Assembly (NCBI GenBank): GCA_008632985.1
Contig: QPGO01000300.1
Span: 1 to 64,000 of the forward strand
Origin: Psammoneis japonica
Taxonomy: Eukaryota
Length of the DNA stretch: 64,000 nucleotides
Direction of reading: 5' to 3'
Positions 36,862 through 50,302 of this stretch are shown here, one piece after another. The notes below the pieces were generated by a model. The model was not told where the DNA came from, did not search any database, and was given only the letters and a program-made list of their open reading frames with translations. Positions within the stretch are counted from its first letter, which is position 1; every line of letters starts with the position of its first letter. A program made the position numbers and the translations under genes.

Positions 36862-38743
36862 GTGTGCAAAGAGCTGGATGCACCCCTCGAAACACAAGCC
36901 ACACTGGCTTCTTCTTGCAACATTCACTCGATTGACAATCTCATGTGCAGCTTTGTACGGCTCAAAGATCAAACACTCCATGGGGTCAAGGCCCGCACGC
37001 AAAGAGCTCTTTGTGGCTTTGCATTGTGGTTTCACGCTGCGCTGGACAAAGTTGGGGATGCCCCCAACTGCCACGAGTGAGAAGACTTTGATGCTGACGT
37101 GCTCGAAGAGTTTGAAGAAAACAAAACCAAGAAGAAGAAAACGGAAAAGATGCTGCTGCTTCAGCACAAGCTCACTGGAGAGTCCACTGGAGAGTCCATG
37201 TTCTGCATGTGCTTAGAAGGTGAACACATTTTTTATGAGATTGTGAAGGACACCGACAAGAAGGACACATTGGCAGAGCACATCTCCAAAATTGTGCAGT
37301 GAAACTTGTGCGAAGATTTGAAATTGTGCCAAACACTTGATGTTGATGAGGTCATGACCGACACCGCTTCTGCGATCCTGGTGCAGGAAAGGCACCCCGA
37401 CCGATTGACTTGTGGGCCAACCCAAAGCGGCAAATCTGATTGCAAAGCCGTCGTCATGGCCGCGTGTTTGATGATGAAAGTTCCAGTGATGATTCTCATG
37501 AAGGACAAGTCGGAAAGCCTGGCATTGCACCACAAGCTTCTGGCTCGAGCCGAAGGAACCAAATGTCAAGGCAAGGTTTTCATGCCGCATGGAAGGCGCC
37601 ATGCGATGGCGGATCTCCAGCACCACATCAATGCCGAAAATGGAATCGCGATGGTGTTTCCCGACACAGCCAGTGAGATGAATTTGGGAGCTCAGGTTTT
37701 GGAACGCTGCCAAGAGCTGCGACAACGTGATGAGAGAGAGTTCAAGTTTGCGCTGATCATGGACGAGGCAGATGGGAATTGGCAATGAAACGGCTGTTGG
37801 AGTTGAAACCGTGTTTGAAAATCATGGTCACCGCTGTGCCAAAACCAATTGTGCTGCTCTGCGAGCATGAGTTGAAGCAAAGTCTTGATTTGTTCAAACT
37901 GCGCACGCACTCGGATCACTCAGGTCTTGAGAATGTGGAGCCACTGAAAGACTCAAATGGCAAGCCCATCCACCTGGAAAACAACGTCAACCACATGAGC
38001 GAAGAGAACATCAAAACAGCTGAGGAACCTGTGTGCGATCAAAGTGTGCAAGATGAAAGACTTTTGATGACGACATTGGCTTCCAAGGTAGAGCTGGGTT
38101 TCCTTCCGCCACCAAAATCGGTGCCACCATCCCCTGCACAAACAAGAAGATGAAGATGATGTGCGACCAAGCATTGGGCAACAACAAACCGGGGGTCCTC
38201 TTGCTCGATTGCACTGCACGAAGGGTGTGGGTCAAAGGCAACATTTTTGAGAAGGCAGCGCTTGTGCAAGAAATGCACGCTTGCGCTGGCAAGCCAATCG
38301 TGGCTCTTGCCTGCGTGGGGCAAGGGGTGTCTTGCCGGTTGCCAGGTCAAGAGCGCGGCTTCTCTTGTGTTTCAAACCACCAAGTCTCAGAGGTTGTCGC
38401 CAAGGTTGATGCAATGTTTGGTGCGCAGATGCCAATTTTTGTGTTTGGCTGCTCGAAAATGCGGAGAGTGATGTCATGTCGATCCAGCACACGAGTTCCG
38501 AGTCACCTTGTGATGCACCTCGCCGTTGGTTTCAGCGTTGAGAACTTGATTCAAGCACTCAGGCGTGCGACTTTCAATGGAAAGAGTCTCTTGGCCGCCA
38601 ATGGAAGGGCAATCGTCATCCACCTTACGCCCCAGGGAGACTCGCAAGTTGGGATGGCACACAAACACTTGACAGCTCAAGCATGCAGACACTTTCTCCA
38701 CTGTCTCAGCTGCCTGTTGAGTGAAAGAAACTGCACCTTTTGA
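36862..38743 (+). pseudogene. P-loop NTPase / SF2-helicase-like protein (decayed, several frameshifts)
   Basis: Walker A GPTQSGKS, Walker B LIMDEAD, motif III-like MVTAVP, motif VI-like LIQALRRATF. Confidence 0.6.
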
Positions 38744-39991
38744 CACTTTTTTCCACACAAGCACCCAATTCAAAAACTTGGGGCAAAAAATCAGGACCTT
38801 CATTTTTGCAGCTGCAATGTCTCATCCAGGGACCTCAAAACTTGCAGTTTCTTTGCATGGGCAAGCCAAGGAGACACTGACCAACAGTGCAGCAGGTCAC
38901 TTGGTTGAAGGAAACACAGCATTTGACAGCATCCTGGGATGCACAGCTTTTTTTTTGCACTTGGCATCATCTTCCCAAATGGATTGACAACTTGTCTTGA
39001 AAAGACGCAATTCAGACAAAATGAAGCTGTTGTTCATGTTGCCTCAGGGCTTGTTTTTGTGCCCACACAAAATGGGCCCCACAAAACAGACCACAGTCTT
39101 CTGCACATGAGACACATGGAAGAGAGGAAAAAATGTGACTGTTCAATCCACCACATTTTAAGGTCCCACTTTTGCCTCAGCCATCACTCCAGTTGCCTTG
39201 TGATTTGCATTTGTGACAACATGACACAAGAACAGCACTTTTCTGACACAACCAATCTGCGGTGCTGGCACCACATTTCACCTTGTCTTTCATGCTGCAG
39301 ATGACATTCAATCAAAAGTGTTGACTGCATTGACTTGTGTCATGATTGGCTGACAACTGCCATCATGAAATGGATTCAAACACGCCATTGCGTGTTTGTT
39401 GTTTGTTTTGGTCATCCGCCAGAGCCGGTGTTTGGGAATCACCAAAAACCGAAAAAGTGTTTTCACACAGGAGGTGTTGCCATCTCATTCCCAACCTGTG
39501 TAGAAACCTGTGTGTTGCCAAAAAAGCTCATTTTTGGCATGTGCTGGTGTTGCCTCAACCACATGGAGCAGTCTGTTGCTGATGCCAAAAGCTCTCACAG
39601 GAGCACAGAGAGTCGAAGCTCAAACATCAGCTGCATTTGGACTTTTTGAGCCAGCCAGTGCTCTCACAGTGAAAGCACAATTGTCCTTTCAGAGCAGAGA
39701 CCAGACTGGTTGGTTGCCAAGATGCCACTCAGAGAGCATCAGCTCTGCAAGAACAGCTCTCAAGAGGCAGCCCACAAAGGCAGCCCCATGAAGAGCTCCA
39801 TTGGCAACTTTGTGCAAGCATTTGCACAGCTCCATCTTGCTTGTTTGTCCCTTGTGAAAATGTTGCTGCTGCGCTGCGCTGCTGCCCAAATCACACTCAG
39901 CTCTCTGCTGGGTGCAAAGAGTGAGCAAAATTTGACAAAATGAGGAGATGGTGCTTGTGACAAATGTTGCCCAAGCCTTTGTGTGTGTGCA

Positions 39992-40382
39992 GTTCCAGCC
40001 CCAGGTGGGAGCTCGCAGTGCTGACGTGTGACAACAACAATTTTTGTCATCCGTCGCATGTTTCGTACGTAGATTTCCATGTGTGACATTTAAAAAAAAT
40101 TGTCCAGACTCGCTGTTTTGCGAAGCCCCAGACGTTTCACATGACAAATTTATAGAAACAACAATGCGCCAGTTGCATTCTTCAATGTCTGAAGAATGCA
40201 ACTGGCCAAGTAAAAAATGATGTGCTTCAATCATGTGCGAGTTTGTGCGTTCGCAAAATTGCCTCATTTTCTGTTGGCGATCATTGACATTTTAATTGCC
40301 GTGTGATTTCACTGCGGAGCTCGCAAATAGAAGTCTACGGGCCCAATGTCACACGGATTCCCACCTGCATCTGGAACGCGTC
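39992..40382 (+). mobile_element. MITE family 2, copy A (~390 bp)
   Basis: Left GTTCCAG.cccc.AGGTGGGA and right TCCCACCT.gcat.CTGGAACGCGTC inverted termini; the first ~240 bp are repeated at 49515-49759. Confidence 0.75.
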
Positions 40383-42531
40383 CAATGAGGAACTTGTCGC
40401 AGACAAGGAAAGACTCATCAAGATCGTGAAAGGAAATCGCCAAAAAGAGAAAGAGGAGCAATTGAAAAAGAGGAGGAAGACTTCTCAGCAAAGAGAATTG
40501 ACTGTTTTGAGTTTTTTCTAGAAAGAATCACAAGAAAAATGCAAGAAAGGTGTGGTTGAGCTGGCCACCTGCTCCGCCAGCCGCTGGAATTAGAGAGAGT
40601 GGCAACCGACAAGTCACAGCTGCAGAAACAACACAAACCTTCACCAGACATTGTTCGATTCGTCATTCTCAGTGGTCAAAGAAGCCCCACGTGCTCAAAC
40701 CAACACTGACCAACTTTCAAGTGATGTCCTCCTGAAGGCATTGATTGTTGTCACAGACCTTTTGGAAATGATCATGTGCGAATTGCAAATGCCCAGGTCA
40801 TGAGACACATCCGATCTGAGCATCATGAGAATCACACGCAGCCACACCTCCATCGTAGTCACTCTTGTCACCAATGCCAAAAGACTGTCATTTTAGCTTG
40901 CACGTGCCGGGAGCATTCTCTCCAACATTGCCTTCCAAGATGCAAATGTCGATGTTGTTGAACTTCCCAGCCAAGCTGGGATGCACTTCAACAAAACAAC
41001 AAAGAAATGGCAGTCTTTTCCAATTTCTCATGTGAAAAGAATCATTTTTTCATGTGTCCCTGTCACAAAGATCCTTGTTGCCCAATGAAGCTTGCTGGAA
41101 TCCAAACAAAATGAGATGAATGCTGCAAAGCAACCACCTTTTTCCATGTTGTTTCAAACAAACACAAAAGGGTCAAACCACATTGACTTGTCACAAAACA
41201 CGGGGTGAATGGCTTTCAACGCATTTTGCAAGGACATGGACATGGAAGGTCGAGTCCAAGGTGCAGACTGAAGGCCAAACACAAATGGTGTCAGCTTTCC
41301 TTCAAGCACATGCATTCCAGTGAACCCTTCAAGACAACAGCCACACACATTTGTTTGCTCACTGGGCCCTCAACAAATGGAAACAAATCACAGCCAATCA
41401 GGAAATCAAACTGGAAGAAGCCATCCTCATCTTCGTGGAGCAACCACACCCTTGCTCGACACTTGATTTTGCATCAGAATGAAATGTCATTTTGCCAACC
41501 ATGGACACTTTTGTTGAACTCCTCCCTCTTCAAATGCATTCAAAATTTCATGAAAACAACAAATGACTGTGCTGCTTGTGTTGGACGAACAGTTGTCTCC
41601 AATGTCCATTCCTTTCATTGGCTTGTTTTTGTCTCTTGCTCAGCCCTCCCAGATGATGATGTCATTGTGAGCTGGCAGGGGCATCATGGGAGATGCAAGG
41701 GACACAGCATGGCCAGATTTTTTGTGGATGAAGTGTGGCGCATCATCAACATTTTGCAGGTGGTCATCTGGTTGCTGGCATCACTGTTGCTGTCATTGCA
41801 ATGTTCAGGACAGGGATCCCAAGGGGGCATGTCATTGAAGAGAAAAACATCTTGGCACGGCTGCTGCCATTGGTTTGCAATGGTGATGAAACATGCTGTT
41901 GGGCAGAGGCACAACTTGTGGGTGCATTGGTGCTGGCGTTTGTGTGAGTGGCCAGGTTGTTCATTTCATCTGCACTCCTTCATCAGAGGTGGCAATGTGG
42001 TGGTTTTCAATTTTCTACACACGAATGTTGCCAATTGACGTCAATTTCATTGCACCTTCAATTGCAATTTTTGCGTGCAAAGTGAAACAACACACTGAAC
42101 TTGTCAATGCTTTTTGTGCCAACATTTGTCATCCATTTGTGTTTGATCATTCTCAACAATTTAATTCGATTGTTGGTTTTGTTGGATTTTGTGAATTTCC
42201 ATTTGATCTTGTTGTTGCATTTGTGTTGAACCGATGTCTTTGATTTTGGTTTTTAACAGCTCCACATCATGCACACCCCACCATGTTGACTGGCATGTCC
42301 TCTGCTGTTCAACACGCTCCAGTCTCCCCCATGCACATTTCCAGCATCATTTTTCCAGCACCTCCCGGAATTTCGGTGCATGGCTCTCTGCCCTGCTTCG
42401 GGTGCTCATTCTCATGCGCAATTGTCCACGCATTTCACAACAGCACATCCTCTCCCCAAACTGCTTTCCACCTGAGCATGTGCTGTTGTCATCCATGCAC
42501 TTTCTACGTGAATCACAACTGACCTCTTGCC

Positions 42532-45500
42532 ATGGCGGTCGACGACTTCACCCCGTCTCACGACGAGGTCAACCCCGATCCTTCCTTCCAATTTCCTGAT
42601 GAGTGTGATTTTGATGACATGGAACATTTCACCAACGGTTTTGGAATGGAGTTGTTTGGTCCCAAGCTCAAAAGCACAGCTTCAATGCGTGCATCCAAAA
42701 AGCAGTTTTTGGAATCAACGAAATGGACTCCCTCTCCGCAATTTCTTGCTCTTCCCTTCCTTTGCCACAAGCCGAAGTTGCGTCGAATTCCATGTGTTGC
42801 GGAAGTCATCCGCGCCAACAATGTCATCAGGAAAACTCTTGCACACCCTGACGTTTGGTCTCACATCAAGACTCGTGGTTGGTCCCTGAAGAAATCCCAC
42901 TCGCTGAAAGGTCAATGCCACCTTTGTTGTCGAAATTTGGGTGAAGCTCTCCATTTCTCCAAAACACCCGGAGAGACAGTCAAACAAGAAGAGCACCATG
43001 TGAATCTTCACCGCAGCATCAAAGCCATGGTAGAATTTGTCCACACGATTGTCGCCGGTGACGACCTGAATGATCCCGTTTCCGGCAAGCCTTGTTTCCA
43101 GTTTCTAAAGTGCAACAACATCAAAAAACTGATCAACGACCGTGCACAAGACCTCCACGGTGCATTTTTTGTCACCGAAATCGCAACGCGCCACAATCAG
43201 CACAAACAAAATGACTTCGACTGCTGGTTCATGCAGATTTTTTGCCATGTCCAATCGCAAAAGGAGTGGCGCCTGTTCGTCAACAGCTTTCCAGTGCTGT
43301 GCGATTCTAATGACCCGGGCTCTCAGGCGGACAATGTCAAGGAATGCCTCACTCCGGACCAAATCGACAACACAAAGAACAAAGTGACAATGGCTGGTGA
43401 TTCCCTTGCCCGTCGGGGAGGTGCACGAAGAAAAAACAAATTCCATGTTGAACCACGAATTTGGGAAGCGCTGTCCTGAGGAACAACCTGGCACACGACC
43501 CAAGTGCAGCAAGTTGCTCACAATCCTTCGATGCAGAATGCGTGATCAGAGGGTCGACTGCTTGGATGATGACAACAAACAAGAGCATCAATCCAAAACC
43601 AAACGCAAAATTGGGAGGACCCGCAAAGATGGCACCTGTTTGTACGACGGTGCGTGCCCCCCCCTCCTTGTTGCAGCATGTTTCTTGTGCATCTGTCTTC
43701 TCATGTGTCCACATTTTATCCTCTTGTTCACATTTGCCGTGCAAGAGCCTTCCTTGACCGTCCCCAACAAGAAGCCAAAGACTGCATCACGCTCCACCAA
43801 GGCACGTCCTCCTTTGTCTGCCAACCTGCCGTCGTCGCGGGAGGCAAACCGCACTCTCACCGCCAACCTTCCCACTTTGTCGGAAACCATGGATTCCCAC
43901 AAACCTTCCTCTTCACTGGAAGGTCCTCCCTCCCAGCTGCCAGCCTCTCCACGGTCGGCACCACGAAAGGCCCGGTTGCGTCGTCTCCCCCACTGGACCC
44001 CAACGACATGTCGTGTTGGACAAGTCTACACTCCGACAGCGCTTTGACCCATCCAAGTGTCAATCTGTTGCCTCAGACGAAGTTGCTGCTCATGTGTCAC
44101 GCCTTCACATCATTGACAAGGCAACTGACACGGAGCATGTGCTTCACCATTCCGCTGCCGACTTTTGCCTTGCCGACAACCGCAGGGAAAACTGGCACAT
44201 CTTTCCTGACAAAACCCCCATCAGCGACCCAACTGCCGCATCTCGTGTGAGAGCCGAGCATCCTCCTGACCTCGATCACTGCTCAGACGAACTCTCTGTT
44301 GCCCGTCATGCAAACTCTCTTTACAAAGGGCACTTTGGTTGCCTTTGTGTGTGCATTCCTGCCCTTTTGCTTTTCATTTTGTTGAAGGGAGAGTCAGATT
44401 TCAAACATGACGGATCACTGGCAGTTGACAACAAAGACAGACGAAGGATCAAGATTGGCTGTGCTGGTCGGTCACATCATTTGAAGGAGCCTGGCTCTAC
44501 AAAATCAGCCAAACCCAAGGCCACATGCGGTCTTCATGTTTTTGATCCTGACGATGACTTCAACGCGAAGGAGTCTTCCAAAATCAAGGCCATGGTCGCT
44601 GACATTCTTGACTCGATTCAGCTTTGCGAAAACGATGTCGAGCTTTGGAAGCTTCGCAATCCCCCACCGTTCAACTGGTCACTTGTTGCAAAGAGCACTC
44701 GAAAGCATTTTGTGATGAAATGGGTTGTCTGTGTTTCCGTCATGAGGACGTCACCCTGCAGGGATTGTGCACATCCCGTGGTCAATTTTGTGAAGGACAC
44801 CGTGACGTAAAAAACTGCACCTGGCTTCAACATCGGAAAACAGCCGCTGGTTGTTTCTTTGTCATGGATGCCTTTGGCGACACATGGTCCTTCAAGGCAG
44901 TCACCAACAGCAGAAGCCCCATTGGTCAATGCTGCAACGACAAGTGCGACATGAACCCGATGTTGACTCGGATGCACCACAACCGAGCTCAGCTCGACTT
45001 TGTGCTCAAAGACATGGATCTCCAACACGATGGTCCCACCCATCCTGACTCTGTCCCAACCGCACGTGCATTCAAAAAACTCTCGCTTGATGACAGCCGG
45101 CCATGGAACAATGTTGTCATTGGCAGAGGCGGTGACACGAGAATTCCCTGTGTGTGCATGGATCGGCTTAAGTTCCCCACATTCCCTGTGAGGGACTTTC
45201 ACCTGTCCGCCCCAAGCACAGCTCTGTTCCGTTTCAAGAACATCGTGTGCAGATCTGGGCCCAATCCGAAGCAAGTCATGCAGTTGGCCATTCATGCTGG
45301 TTGTCCAACTGGGTGTCACCAATTTTTACCATGTCGGTGACAAGTGCCTGCCTGAGCCATGTTGCCGAGGTGTCGACCCATTTCTACAATTTGCCGATTG
45401 CTTGATGAATGAGTTTGGCATTTTGTTCGGTGATCCACAGGCAGGCAGGATTGGCCCAACAAATTTGACCTGCGACAAGTTCACTGAGGTTTTCATTGAC

Positions 45501-46646
45501 GACAGGCACACTGGCACCGCCAATGACCCAGTCGACCTGATGGTCAACAAAATCCATGCAGTTCTGCTTTGGCTCAATGACAACGTCACCACCAATGAGT
45601 TCTGTCCCAATTTAATGGAACAACGCTGCAAGGCTGCCTGCGATGTTTGGGCACACAGGGGAGCAGATTTTAGCAAGATTCGTCTCATGTCAGTGCTGCA
45701 TTGTCTCGCTCTGTCCAGTGTTGTGGTGAAGGACCACCCGCGTCTGAACGACATGGTGTGTCCTGTGTTCAATTCTGGAGCGGCCGCTCAACTGGCCCAC
45801 ATTGACCCAGATGAACGACCGCTCATGCACCAACGGACATCATTGGAGACCGGGACCAAGGAGCATGGCTGGAACGGCACAGAGCACAAACTCTGTGAGA
45901 ACTCAGACAATCGCTGCACCTGCATGTTCGATCACATGTTCCACGGTCCATGTTCCGGACAAGATCTCATCACATTTTCTCCATCAGGCAAGCGATTGCG
46001 CAAACCCCATGGATCAGAGGAACGTCAAATTGTGGAGTGCGTTGACTCAGACCCTGACCTTTATGACAAAAAAGATGCAACGGTTCACGGCGGAATTTCG
46101 GCTGATCCCAGCGATGAATCCTTGTTGCGTGATGGAGTGGCTGCTGACAATGAATTAAACTCATTGTCCAGATCATCCGACAATGACGAATCTTTGCCAA
46201 ATGACAGAGTTGTTGCAGACGATGAAATGAACTCATTGCGGGAAGAATCCTCCTCCGACAAAGACAGTGCGGGACTGATTTCTGGTGCATCGGACAACAA
46301 CGAATCATTGGCCCTGGACGGAGTTGTGGCAGACAACGAACTTAGCTCCTTGCCAGATGAGTCCTCCGACAACGAAGAATGTGCGGGATCATTTTCTGGA
46401 GCATCGGACAAGAACAAATCATTGACTCTGGACAGAGTGGTGGCAAACAACGAACTTAGCTCCTCCAACGACAAAGACAGTGTTTCGGAATGCGGCGCTC
46501 ATGTCATTGCTCTCAAGGATGAGGAGAGTTGTGTCAATGCAACCAACGACCATTCGACTCCACCCGACCTTTCACAAAATCCCACTGTCGATGTGGACGA
46601 ATGCGTGGTGGCAACTTTGGCACAAGTCTCGCACCTTCTCCTTTGA
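42532..46646 (+). pseudogene. Long decayed coding region of unknown function (several frames); acidic repeat SDNDESLxxDxVVADNELSS near the C-terminus
   Basis: Successive long + ORFs (42532..43479, 44013..44810, 44624..45340, 45294..46646) with protein-like composition and Tyr replaced by Cys/His; no motif recognised. Confidence 0.45.
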
Positions 46647-46898
46647 GACTTGAGTGTCGATTGCTGTTCTGGCTCATGTGTGGCTCTTTCTACCCTGCTT
46701 TTTAACAATGCACAGTCGTGACGGTGGCACCAAAATCCTGTGGCTGTGCATGACCAGGCCTGCAAATGCCGGACAGCTGTCCTTCAACGAGCTTTGTTCC
46801 AACAGTGGGGTGCAGGCCATGGCAAACACTCAGCATCGAAGAGATGAGGCTGGGTGTCAAGTTGCAAAAAACCTGTGCACGAATGCCAGCGTTGAGGC

Positions 46899-49800
46899 AT
46901 GCACCGTCTCTCTGCAGACGGAAGTGCCACGCACCACCTCAATTGCAACATTTCTGCAAAGGATTTTGTGGCTCGTGTGAAGTCACGATTCGGCAGTGAA
47001 ATTGATTTTAAGAACAGTGGATTCATCCAGATCTGCATGGACTGTTGCTGGATGCAACGCGGCAAGTGGAACATGACGTCTTTCGGAAATCGCTTCATCC
47101 GCGAAAACCTGAGAGAGATGATGCCATCCTTGTTGCATCCCAAGTTTGAAAGGTGTCGCATCACAGTCCCGTGCAACCTGTGGTCCCTCTCCCAAGTCGT
47201 GCGCAACTTGGAGCACATAGAAGAATGCACGCTGACTCAATTGATGACTCACGAAACGGCGATGGACGAAGTTACGACATGCCAAACGTCGCTGAAATCG
47301 CAGAACAAGACAGGGGGGATTGGCTGGGAAAACCATCCGACCAGGAAGCATTGTGTTCAGGAGTCACGGAACAGGAAATTTGGGAAACACTTCCAGAAAC
47401 GGAAAAGGGACAAGGTCTTAGACTTCACAAGAGAAGTTGAGAGCTGCAATCCGAAAAATCCATGGAAGTTTTTTTCTTTCGAAAGAAGCATGCCCAACTG
47501 GCAGACCTGCCTCGACCCGTGGCCCCGGTGGTTTCTGGACCCGCACATCGACGAATGAAGCTGGCTCCTTCAATTCTTGTGGCCTTGTCAACTGCACAAA
47601 TTAGGTGAGTGCTGAGGGTTTTGTCGTCTGTTTCCGAAATTGCGCATGTTCCAACAATGGCATGCTCCAACACTGTTTCAAAATGTAAAGCACTGTTTGC
47701 AGTTGCCAATCATCGACAATGCCCATCAACCGCCATTGTGAAACTTGGCCGCCCATGTTTTTCTCCTGTCTTGAACTGCCCAAACGTGCTTTGTCTTCTC
47801 GTGTGACTCTGTGATTCCCGGTTGTTCCTCGTGCACCTGCAAGTTTTCACCGACAGCACGCTGCACAGGCCATGTTCTCCATTCACAACAAGGACGGGCG
47901 TTCAAGTTTGATCATTGAGCAAGCGAGGAATGCTCACAAAACACGCCAGCATTGGAACTTACCAGCAATGCACCCAGAGAGGCAGGGAGAACAGCACGCG
48001 GCAAGCGGTTGGTCAAACAACCCAAGCAATGAGCTGTTTGATGAGTTTGCAGCCGGATCAAGGGAGGGCAAGCTTCGTCTGGCGATTGACAAGCAAGATG
48101 TTGATTCGTCAAGCAGGGAATCAACCCTCAGTTTGCCCACATGTGGAATGGACCAAAGCAGGAATTGCGGACTGCTCGCATTGGACAACGGTTTGGGAGA
48201 TGTGTGCAAACTGGCTGTGGACCAAAAGGGCATCGTGTTTGATGAAAGGAAGCTAGCACGTTTGTTCGAGCGACAAGCAGAGCGAGACGCACCTTGCAGG
48301 TTGTGGCGGTGTGATGAATTGGAGTTCTTTGAATTGACGCCAAGGAAGGTCAATGGTTGGATCTTGGAAACAATCAAGAAAATGGGCTTGGGTGGGGGTT
48401 CTTCGGTTGTTGTGACAATGAAAAGGACAGGAGACTGTGGAGACAATGTCCAAAAATGAAAAAGGAAACGATTCGCAGCAATCACGTCGAGCATTTTGTT
48501 GGGTGTGTCAGTGAGGTGACCAGCGCGTTTGATCGCATGACTGATTGCTCATGTGAGGGGAGGTGCAGCGATTTTGTCATTGTCCATTTAGAGGAGGATG
48601 CAATGGAAGAATTGGGTTGGAGATCGTTTTGGCGCTGAGTTTCCATTGGAGGTGCATGGTGCATGGATGCAAACTTCTGACCTGTGGTGATTGATGTTCG
48701 TGCATGATTCTGCATGGTTGAAAGTTTCAAATGCAATGATCCAGTTGCATGTCGAAATCATCATTGACATTTAATTGTGCAATTGGTCACTTGAACTGAA
48801 ATGAATGTAACCAAGCATGTGGTTTTCCAAGTTAAATGACAAAAATTAGCAAACATGATGATTTGGGGAAGATTTGACAGTTGACAATGCATGAGGATGG
48901 GAAGGCAGCATCGCCATAAAGTGTCAGGAACAGGTTTGAAATTTTGCAAAGACAATCTTCCTCGTAAGAGCTGTTCCACTGCACGATTGCAGACAGGAGG
49001 AACTGACAGCGACACAATGAGTCAAGGGCGATGGGAAGGAGGAAGAAAGTGGCTAAGATGGATGCTGCAGGGGCAGAGGGAGCGCCCCACAGCCCGAGGC
49101 TTACGGCGGCATTGCAGCGGTCGGGGGCTGTGGCGGATCACAAGTCACCAAAGAGAGAGGTGGAAGAGGTGGCACGGAGAGAGCTGTTCCCAAAGGCGAA
49201 ATTCCTTGTGAAGGCGGACATGGCGAGTGGTGGCAAGGTGTCAAGGCCAACACGCAAAAACACAGCAGATGGCAAGTTCAGCAAGTGCGAATGGGTGGGA
49301 TCATGGGAGGACTGGGCTAAAAAAAGCGTGCTCAATGCGATCAATGCAAAAAGAAACACCGTGTGTCAGACGACAATGAGGAGTGCAATGAGTGGCAAGT
49401 GAGGAGGAATGGAGCATTTCCAAAGCGAGAGTGGAAAGTGGTGCTGCCAATGAATTGCTCGTTTTTCTGCAGTCATTGCAACAGAAAAACAAGCAGAGGA
49501 AATCCGAGACAAAAGATGCGTTCCAGCCCTGGGTGGGAGCTCGTAGCACTGACGTGTGACACAAATAATTTTCATCATCCGTCGCATGTTTCGTGCGCAC
49601 ATTTCCACGTGTGACATTTAAAAAAAATTGTCCAGACTTGCTGTTTTGCGAAGCCCCAGACGTTTTACATGACGCATTTGTGGAAACAACAATGCGCCAG
49701 CTACATTCTTCAATGTCTGAAGAATGCAACTGGCCAAGTAAAAATTGATGCACTTCAATNAAATTCACGAAGAGTGCTGCGATGTGGAGGAGGATGGCAG

Positions 49801-50302
49801 AGTCCGGAAGCACCAAGGCCACAGATCTGTCTGCTGCAAGCGACGAGGCACTGGCCCTGTTGATGATGGAAAACTGCTGAAAGGTTTGGGAGTGCAAGAA
49901 GATGCAGGAGCCAGATGAGGAAGGGAGCAAAGAGGAAAAACCGGCTCCATTGCACACGGACCCGTCGCAACAGCATGACTCTTGGAAGGATGAGAAACAA
50001 AGCGCTTCAACAAATTGCCAAAGGAGGTAAAGGAAGACAGGGCGAGAGAGCAAGGTGTGCATTTCGACACGTGGCACACAGACAAAAAGAAAAAGGAGAG
50101 CAAAGAAAAGGGAAAAAAGGCAAGAACCACTCAAGAGCCAGTGAAAACAGAGACAAGAACGCAGGCAACATTGGAACTTTCTAGTGACAATGAGGAGGAC
50201 GATGAAGCAACAGAGACACCAGGTGGCAGAGAAAATGAGGAGGAAGACGAAGCTGGCCAGGAAGACAGTGACGGAAGCGAAGGAAATGAGACTCCAGTGT
50301 GA
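46899..50302 (+). pseudogene. Further decayed unknown ORFs (46899..47558, 47872..48638, 49031..50302)
   Basis: Protein-like composition, a putative intron at 49395-49472, acidic C-terminus at 50015..50302; no family recognised. Confidence 0.3.
49515..49759 (+). mobile_element. MITE family 2, copy B, truncated at the N at 49760
   Basis: Starts GATGCGTTCCAG; direct repeat of 39992-40231. Confidence 0.8.
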
